A stretch of 52,940 nucleotides of DNA from positions 1 through 52,940 of the IMG/VR virus record IMGVR_UViG_3300048587_001100; one strand, written 5' to 3'. Numbering within the stretch: position 1 is the first letter of the stretch; each line of letters opens with the position of its first letter. This stretch comes from a virus. Lineage: Duplodnaviria; Caudoviricetes. Under the pieces are notes generated by a model that worked only from the letters and a program-made list of their open reading frames with translations, was not told the DNA's origin and searched no databases. Position numbers and translations under genes: made by a program. Of the stretch, positions 18,294 to 24,781 are shown one piece after another.

Positions 18294-19494
18294 GTCCTAT
18301 CACCTCGATGATCTTGCGCCGCAGCCTGCGCAGGGTGATCGACACGCTCGGCGATACCACGCCCCATTGCCGTGCCAGCGCCGCTGTCGTCAGACCACGG
18401 TTGTTGAGCGCGGCCTCGAACAGCTCTCGCTCCCGCCGGCTCAGCCTGGCGACGATGCGGCGGGTAAGGTCGAACGACAGGATGGCTGGATCGATGCCCA
18501 GCTTGTCGATCAGCGGGCGCAATGATGATGGTGGGCGGGTGCGCCGTGCCGGCACCTTACGCCGGCTGTCTAACTCCATGATCCGGTCGCGGATGCTGAC
18601 CAGGGTCTCGTGCATCGCGCCAGAGGTAAGGCCCAGAGGCCGGCCGACGGTCACCAGTTCGGCGATGGGTTGCCGCAGCACGGCGCGGAATACCTCGATC
18701 TGTCGCCCCGAAATCACCCGCTCGATCTGCCGACGCCTGACCATCGCTTCGGCCATGGTGATGCCCAGCGTCCGCTGGAATGCGGCGGCATCGCGGGGGC
18801 GGCGGTATGAGCGGGCGAACGGCTGGAAATTCTCGATGTCGATCTGTGCCACCGTCACCCTGGCCCGCCGCATGGCCTCGCTCAGCGAACTGAGCCGTTC
18901 ATACCCGACCAGGTGGGCAACCTCGGTCCTGCTCTGGTCGCTTGATCGAGTGGCCTTGATGGCCTTGGCCGCCGCCTGGCCAAGGTATCGCTCAGGCTCC
19001 TGGATGATGTGCTGGGCGATCTGCTCGACCCTGGCGTCCAGGTAGTGCGGCGGGGCTGGGTCGATGACATCCTGACCCACCAGGGCCTCGTGGCGGTGCC
19101 GTTCCGCGCGGATGGCCTGACGTGTGTGGCTCTTGACGACTTCGCCGATGAGCCGGGCAATGGACGCATACAGGAGCGTCGTCAACTTACAGCCTCGAAA
19201 CGCATCAAATCGGGGCAAGACATAGACCCACAAACGCAACGCCACATGCTGGTAGGCGTCCTCCAGGTCATGCCGTTGCGCCCTGGGCAGCCGGCGATGG
19301 AGCTGCTGCCAGATCATCCGGTCCACACCACGCAGGATTACATCGGCCTCAGCCCTGATCAGCGGGACATCTTCCGTTTCGTGCCCCGGGCGGGGCCGAT
19401 AGGGGTACTGCTCATGGGCCCGGGCGCTGTAGGCGGCGGGGCCGATGCGGGCGGCGTGGCGGGGCAGGTCGGTCGGGGGGCTGGCGGTGGTCAT
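18274..19494 (-). CDS. Sigma-70-like protein with region 2 and up to three HTH (region 4-like) modules
   Basis: DLEDAYQHV...LPRFDAFRGCKLTTLLYASI (region 2); HTH-like SRTEVAHLVG, SGRQIEVF...LGLTSGAM, LSRRERELF...LTTAALARQWGV. Confidence 0.6.
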   Translation of the reverse strand: MTTASPPTDLPRHAARIGPAAYSARAHEQYPYRPRPGHETEDVPLIRAEADVILRGVDRMIWQQLHRRLPRAQRHDLEDAYQHVALRLWVYVLPRFDAFRGCKLTTLLYASIARLIGEVVKSHTRQAIRAERHRHEALVGQDVIDPAPPHYLDARVEQIAQHIIQEPERYLGQAAAKAIKATRSSDQSRTEVAHLVGYERLSSLSEAMRRARVTVAQIDIENFQPFARSYRRPRDAAAFQRTLGITMAEAMVRRRQIERVISGRQIEVFRAVLRQPIAELVTVGRPLGLTSGAMHETLVSIRDRIMELDSRRKVPARRTRPPSSLRPLIDKLGIDPAILSFDLTRRIVARLSRRERELFEAALNNRGLTTAALARQWGVVSPSVSITLRRLRRKIIEVIGHDQCSP

Positions 19495-19590
19495 CTCAGA
19501 GGATGATTGGCCGCCGCCGCATCGGCTTAGCCATTTCCGAGGGGGGTCTCGGTCATCAGCCCCAGCCCACCGCTCACGACGGACGCATGC

Positions 19591-19692
19591 CTAGTTTCCT
19601 GTGGGACATGTCCTGTAGGAAACTAGTGTCCTGTAGGAAACGAGTAGTTGTATTTAGTTTCCTGTAGGAAACTAGTGTTCTGTGGGAAACTA
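19591..19692. repeat. Array of five pseudo-palindromic repeats of about 18 bp (core TCCTGTAGGAAACTAG); putative origin iterons or operator array
   Basis: Copies at 19591, 19609, 19627, 19655 (TAGTTTCCT-GT-AGGAAACTA) and 19676; AT-rich spacer at 19645-19654. Confidence 0.85.
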
Positions 19693-19817
19693 TAGGAGTT
19701 GCCGGGCGGTCGTGACGATCTGATCTAGGATACTTCCGATGGAGTCCTAAAGGATGTCCCAAAGGACATTAAGCGAAGTTGGTGCATTCGGTCGGCGCGG
19801 ACCTTCCCCACAGAGAT

Positions 19818-21470
19818 TCAGGCAGAATCTCGCACGAAATGCCGATCAAGTGGGTTGAACTGCGGCTTCATAGATACAACTGAGCTTTGGAGGTTGCCCA
19901 CGGGAAGTGTGAACAAAGAGGCATGTCCTCTATACTCTTCAGTAAGAGAATTGATGTGTGCTGTGGATGTGGCCCCGCCCCGGTCAACGGTAGCGTCTCG
20001 ATCTTCCCCCATATTGTCTTGATCCTCGCTTCTGCCACTCAAGAAGGGCAAGCGGCTGAGCATCCTGCCCAGGCTGAACTTGCGGCATTGACCCTTGACC
20101 CACGTGGCGACCGTGGCGGTGATCGCGCCAACCTGCTGTAGCAACTGCATTGCCAGACGGACGCTGGTGCCATTCGCGCGGATGCCGAACCAGTTCAGCA
20201 TCCGCCTGACGGACATGGCCGGAACCTGGCCGTCGCTGGTGGCGACGTTCTTTGCGATCGTGCAGGCGGTGATCGCAAGGGTGTGGTAGCTGAGGCGGCA
20301 CCCGCTGAGAGCTTTGCGGTGTTGCTCGTTTAGGGTCCGTATCGCATTGGCGGGGATGGTTCCCCGAAGGCGCCGCTCTGCCAGTTGGAGGTCGGCTTCG
20401 TCGAACCAGACACGCTGTGATCCTGCCCTAGATGGATCGCGCGAGGTGATGTACCACTTGGCGATGTTCCTCATGGCCCGATCGCGGGCGGCGTCGCGTT
20501 CACCACCGTTCAGGCCTGCGGCTTCGTAAAGTTTGTTGGCGTGGTCGACGATGTGGGTATGGTCGGCATCATCGCCCAACTCACGGACTGCGGCGATGAC
20601 GCACTGCACGCGGTTACGGTGCTTGTCGCCCGTATCTTTGATCTTGCGCGGTGTGCGGCGTGGGGATCGCTTCTGTGGTTTGGCGGGTACGGGCGCTGCG
20701 GGGGTAGGCTGAGGAATTGCGGGTGGGGAGCCTTCAATGATCGCCGAGACCTGCGACCCATTAAAACTCGACGCTAGTAGCGCGTCTACATCCTCATCCC
20801 TAGGGCAGCGGGGGAGCTTACCCATGGTGCCGCGCCGCACTACCTCACGGCGTGTGCCGTCGATGGAACGGCCTGTGATGGTGTGCTTTCCCTGCACCTC
20901 CACCGTAACGTTAAATCGCTGCTCCAAGTGTGATCTCAGTGCTACCTGCAGCGTCTCGATGGACCGGTTTGTGTTCCATTTCGACGGATAGACGGGCTGC
21001 CCCTGCGGGTCGATGCCAATCTGTGGCAACTCAATGGTGAGCCATGCAGCAGCGCCGCGTGTCGTGGACTCGATGTAGAGGCGGCCAGCGAGGTAGGTGT
21101 TGCTCAACCATTGCAGCGCCGCCAGCGTGTCAGCCTGCTGCTGGCCGTCCTGGTGAGCGTCCGCGTCGATGCGCAGGGTCGCGTACTGCTTCTCGCCAGG
21201 CCGCTGTCGCCGAGGGACGGCATGGTATGTTGCTGCGCTGTGACGATGAAGGGCCAACTCCGTCGATGAAAGGTGGCGGGCCTTACTCGCCCAATCTTTG
21301 GGGTCTGCCTGCAGGTGCCGGTCTAGTGCAGCCGTTGAGGTTCGGGAAATGTCACCGCCGCTGCGAGTGGTGCCAAAGTCGGCAAGATCGTAATGGTGCC
21401 TCACCCACGCGACGTATCGTCGGTGGGCGGCCGTGCGGGTCTTGATGCCCAACCTCTTGGCCAACGCCAT
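19818..21470 (-). CDS. Putative replication protein with a divergent archaeo-eukaryotic primase (AEP)-like N-terminal domain
   Basis: LRIDADAH (hhhDxD), YIESTTRG (motif II-like, His absent), TVEVQG, KLP; Pro-rich linker; C-terminal wHTH-like; purine-rich SD before ATG 21470 (frame open to 21692). Confidence 0.5.
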   Translation of the reverse strand: MALAKRLGIKTRTAAHRRYVAWVRHHYDLADFGTTRSGGDISRTSTAALDRHLQADPKDWASKARHLSSTELALHRHSAATYHAVPRRQRPGEKQYATLRIDADAHQDGQQQADTLAALQWLSNTYLAGRLYIESTTRGAAAWLTIELPQIGIDPQGQPVYPSKWNTNRSIETLQVALRSHLEQRFNVTVEVQGKHTITGRSIDGTRREVVRRGTMGKLPRCPRDEDVDALLASSFNGSQVSAIIEGSPPAIPQPTPAAPVPAKPQKRSPRRTPRKIKDTGDKHRNRVQCVIAAVRELGDDADHTHIVDHANKLYEAAGLNGGERDAARDRAMRNIAKWYITSRDPSRAGSQRVWFDEADLQLAERRLRGTIPANAIRTLNEQHRKALSGCRLSYHTLAITACTIAKNVATSDGQVPAMSVRRMLNWFGIRANGTSVRLAMQLLQQVGAITATVATWVKGQCRKFSLGRMLSRLPFLSGRSEDQDNMGEDRDATVDRGGATSTAHINSLTEEYRGHASLFTLPVGNLQSSVVSMKPQFNPLDRHFVRDSA

Positions 21471-21665
21471 TGGCCTCTCTCCGAAGGGGGAACCCGGTGG
21501 CGTTGGTGTGGTGAATGATGGTGTGGGTGGTGGTGTTGCCGGCGGCGGGGCGTAGGTGACAGCCGGGCCTTCCGGGAAGACGGTGCCGTCAAGAAAGACG
21601 CCGCCGAAGCTGATTAGCCTCGACAGTGCGTCGCTGGTCCTTGCTGGCTCCTGACCCCTCGCCAT

Positions 21666-21698
21666 AAAAAACCCTGGGTGTCTCGCACACACCCAGGG
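21666..21698 (-). terminator. Rho-independent terminator/attenuator upstream of the Rep-like gene
   Basis: 10-bp stem CCCTGGGTGT/ACACCCAGGG followed by a U-tract on the - strand. Confidence 0.75.
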
Positions 21699-22058
21699 CT
21701 TAAATGCCCTTCACCGGGCAGATGGCTATGTTGGGCGGGTGCGAGCCGCAATGTCTGCCAGATAATACGGCCCTACCGCCGCACTATTCGCCAGACCGAT
21801 CGCCAGCCAAATTTCCATTCAATTTTTGGAACTGACGTTGTGAGTGGGTAATGTACCAGATGACAATCGTGGATGCAAGCGCAATCCCCTGTTTTTGCTG
21901 AACTTGTGAACATGGTTGTGTGCCGGCGATCGCCAAGCCGCAACTGTAGGAATCTCAAAGGATTGCTAGTATTGGTGCCACTATGTACGCGCTCCCTGAT
22001 GGGCAAATAGAAGACCCCGCCGGCGTCTCTGCCGGACCTCCGCCAGAGGTCTCGCATG

Positions 22059-22083
22059 AAAAACCCCGCCGGTGGGGCGGGGT
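22059..22083 (-). terminator. Rho-independent terminator with an alternative pairing partner
   Basis: ACCCCGCC/GGCGGGGT stem followed by a U-tract on the - strand. Confidence 0.6.
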
Positions 22084-22445
22084 CTGGGTGGTGGTGCTGC
22101 CGGGTGGTTATCGTCGCCGGCGGTGCCGCTGGCCGTAGGCCTCCATCTCCAGGGCCAGCCGCTCCACCTCACCCGCCCACACACGGACCTCGGCGAGGTT
22201 CGACTTCAGGCCTGCTGATGCGCAAGCTGGTGGGCATAGGCAAGCCCGGAATTCTAAGGCTACGGCGCGACTCTGGCGAGGCCGCTGGGCGCTCTTTGCG
22301 CCGCCGTGGGCAAGTTGCTGGAGCTAGCCCCGTGGTCAACAGAATGCCCACAGACCGTGGCCGTCGACCGCCATGAGTTTTGAGGGAATTGCCTCGTTGT
22401 CATGCCGCGTGAAGGAGGAGCGGGGGTTCTACACGGGCTGCCAGT

Positions 22446-22622
22446 CTATTTGGAGCATCCAATGCAAAGGGAGAACAGGACAAGTATCACGCCGATAATA
22501 ATGGCAGCAATATTGCCCTGTGCAACACCGTCGACAATTTTATCAAGCGATGCACCTGGACCGTCTGCTCGTACCTCAGTTGAGGCAATTGCTAACACAA
22601 GAAGCAAGGTTAAGACTCGCAT
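22446..22622 (-). CDS. Small membrane protein (signal-peptide-like N-terminus, C-terminal TM helix)
   Basis: MRVLTLLLVLAIASTEVRA...IAAIIIGVILVLFSLCIG; AAGGAG SD. Confidence 0.55.
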   Translation of the reverse strand: MRVLTLLLVLAIASTEVRADGPGASLDKIVDGVAQGNIAAIIIGVILVLFSLCIGCSK

Positions 22623-23014
22623 GGGCGTCTCCTTATTCGCTGTACCAGTACTCGCACCAATCGATTCAGGAAGCACCTGCCGGTCGCCATTGTTCCGGCG
22701 GCAGACGGCAAAAATGACGCAGTGGCTTTTACTGCTAGAAGCGGATCATTTGCTGCAAGTGAAAAAAGCAGGCACGTAGTGAGCGTTATGCCGAACATCA
22801 CAACCAAGATCTGAAACAGGTTGTGGGTTGCAGATCCTCTGTCTCGGATGACGTGGGCAACGCTCACAATTGCTATGGAACCAGCTAAGGAGATCGGTAC
22901 CAGCCACAGCAAAAATGAGGCCATTGCCACTGCATTCTGAGATGATTTGACGTATCGCCGAATGGCTTGAGCGCCCGGAGACCGTCCCCAGGCCGGTCGG
23001 AAGCAATATCTCAC
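22610..23014 (-). CDS. Putative multi-pass membrane protein (cargo)
   Basis: Two to three hydrophobic segments; AT-richer DNA; start uncertain. Confidence 0.4.
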   Translation of the reverse strand: MRYCFRPAWGRSPGAQAIRRYVKSSQNAVAMASFLLWLVPISLAGSIAIVSVAHVIRDRGSATHNLFQILVVMFGITLTTCLLFSLAANDPLLAVKATASFLPSAAGTMATGRCFLNRLVRVLVQRIRRRPCES

Positions 23015-23218
23015 AACTGGTACGGCGTGTCAATGAATAAAACACAAAACGCTCGTGTTAACGCGAGTAAGTTCTGCCGCGAACTCTTCTCAAATGCCCA
23101 AGTCCATCCAGTGTTAGCGATGCATCCTGACGATAAGGCTTGATGCGGCCTCAATTAGCAACGTGCATCGGAGTGCCGGCGGGGGATATGAAGCACGGCG
23201 GCTGCGGAGTCGGCATCG

Positions 23219-24577
23219 TCATCTGAACTGCTGGCCCAGCCACGCCACCGCCTTGTCGAGAAGGCCCTGATCACCCCTCGTGTAGTGCCGTTCGGCGATT
23301 GTGGTTGGTGCGTGGCCGAGATAGAGCGTCACCACGGCCTTGAAGCCATTCTCTTGCTCCAGCAGGTTGGCCCCTGTCGCGCGCAAGAGTTTGAAGCTCC
23401 CATCGATCCGCACATGCTTATGTTCGGCCTCGCCATTCACCAATTTGTTGACCTTTTCCAGGAGCCGGCGGAAGGCTAGCCGTACCGTGTCCACCTTGGC
23501 AGGGGAGCCATCATCACCAGTCCATTCCCGCACCAGTGGCTCACCATTCTCGGTCAGCAGCGCCAAGTCGCCGCTCGTCTGGGCAAACGTTTTCAATAGC
23601 TTCTTTGTGGCGGGCCAAAGCTGATACGTGACAACCGGCACGCCGGCATGCTTGTGCGTCTTGGATCTCTTCCGGGTGATGGTGCCCGCCTTAATGTCCA
23701 CCTCATCACGCCGGAGGTCTGCCAGATCGCGCTGTGTCATGCCGCAATTCAGAGCGAGCAGGAGATAGAGCCGCATCCGATCCGAGGCGGCATCGAGTAG
23801 CCGCTGAACCTCGTCAATCTCCCAGACGTCGACAGTCTTGGCTGGGACGGTAAAGGTCAGATTGCGGCTGTCGATGTTCCGAGGCAAGCCACACAACTCG
23901 CGCTCCCAAGCCCAGCGGATGAACTGCCGCACCGCACCCAGGGCATCACGAGCGGTGTAGGCACTGATTGCCTTGTCAGCGAGTTGATTTGAAAGCCCGT
24001 CATGGAACTCGGCCAACATGGCGGCGCATATCTCGCTGATGGGGCGGTCGCCCGTGGTACTGCCCTGATCAGGTCGCCAATCACGGAAGCGGTAGAGGTG
24101 TGCCCGCAATGCCGAGCGGCGGGCATGGCTGCGGTCGTCAAGTTTGACCTTCGTGTCGAATCCCGACAGAAACCGCTCGATGTGGGCCTTGATCGTCTGT
24201 GGGCCATCGCTACCCGGCAGCCGGAAGTCAGGATGGTCCTGTACGCCGTGGCTGATCACGATCGCTTCGGCCAGGAGGCGTTGCACCCTGTTGGTCGGGT
24301 CTTGACGAGCACCTTCGACGGCTTCGAGAGCGTCGGCATGCTCATCGCGAATCTTGTCCAGCCGGTTACGCTCGGCTTGTTGATCCTGTTTCGCTTGGCG
24401 GGTGACAAGCTGTCCCTCAATCCGTTCCCAGTCCCGCAGGGCTTCTTCATATGCCTCTCTGTCGGTCTTGTTGACACCGCTGCGGCCGAGGTAAAAGTAG
24501 CGGTCTTTGCCGTCAATCTTCCTTTTCTTGCGCCACTGTCGGCGGGCCTTGTGGTAGGTGAGTTGGACTTGGGTCAT
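23219..24577 (-). CDS. int: Tyrosine recombinase/integrase (element 1)
   Basis: N-terminal arm-binding-like WRKK...YFYLG; LLLALNCGMT, RSKT, FKLLRAT, YLGH, RHY; adjacent to a tRNA att remnant. Confidence 0.88.
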   Translation of the reverse strand: MTQVQLTYHKARRQWRKKRKIDGKDRYFYLGRSGVNKTDREAYEEALRDWERIEGQLVTRQAKQDQQAERNRLDKIRDEHADALEAVEGARQDPTNRVQRLLAEAIVISHGVQDHPDFRLPGSDGPQTIKAHIERFLSGFDTKVKLDDRSHARRSALRAHLYRFRDWRPDQGSTTGDRPISEICAAMLAEFHDGLSNQLADKAISAYTARDALGAVRQFIRWAWERELCGLPRNIDSRNLTFTVPAKTVDVWEIDEVQRLLDAASDRMRLYLLLALNCGMTQRDLADLRRDEVDIKAGTITRKRSKTHKHAGVPVVTYQLWPATKKLLKTFAQTSGDLALLTENGEPLVREWTGDDGSPAKVDTVRLAFRRLLEKVNKLVNGEAEHKHVRIDGSFKLLRATGANLLEQENGFKAVVTLYLGHAPTTIAERHYTRGDQGLLDKAVAWLGQQFR

Positions 24578-24588
24578 GTGAGACCTCC

Positions 24589-24700
24589 TGTACCCCCTCC
24601 AGCAGGCGGCTTTTCTGTACCCCCTGCGGGACGAAGAGGTCTATCTTGTACCCCCTCGTGTACCCCCGGTAAAGCGGAAAGTCGGCAAAAAAGGGGTACA
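24589..24700. repeat. Integrase arm-type binding sites TGTACCCC (four direct, one inverted)
   Basis: TGTACCCCCT at 24589, 24616 and 24647; TGTACCCCCG at 24659; inverted AAGGGGTACA at 24691. Confidence 0.8.
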
Positions 24701-24734
24701 AAACCTCGTTTTTGGCTCAAAAAACGGGGTTGCA

Positions 24735-24781
24735 TTCGTTCGGGACGAAGAGGCCGCAGGTTCAAATCCTGTCACCCCGAC
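24735..24781 (+). pseudogene. 3' fragment of tRNA-Pro(CGG); attachment site (attR-like for element 1, also the junction of element 2)
   Basis: Anticodon arm TTCG-TTCGGGA-CGAA, T arm GCAGG-TTCAAAT-CCTGT, acceptor 3' strand CACCCCG-A-C; no D arm upstream. Confidence 0.9.

Larger units (their letters stand above)
2204..24781 (-). mobile_element. Prophage-like element 1 (HK97-type head, short siphophage tail, tyrosine integrase) integrated in tRNA-Pro; left boundary lies outside or near the window start
   Basis: Co-oriented integrase-replication-packaging-head-tail genes ending at a 3' tRNA-Pro fragment preceded by arm-type repeats. Confidence 0.85.

Noticed and set aside
19591-19692. CRISPR array or protelomerase (telRL) site
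   Set aside because: Repeats are adjacent with no unique spacers and no cas genes; there is no long perfect palindrome, and the tyrosine recombinase is tied to a tRNA att.
22108-22250. Possible eroded gene on the - strand (AYAHQLAHQQ / GLKSNLAEVRVWAGEVERLALEMEAY)
   Set aside because: Needs a frameshift and has no start codon or recognisable family; too weak to call.
24725-24781. Complete or D-armless functional tRNA (upstream CGGGGT can pair with ACCCCG)
   Set aside because: No D arm, a mismatched first anticodon-stem pair and no encoded CCA; the CGGGGT belongs to a separate inverted repeat (24702-24731). An att remnant is the simpler explanation.
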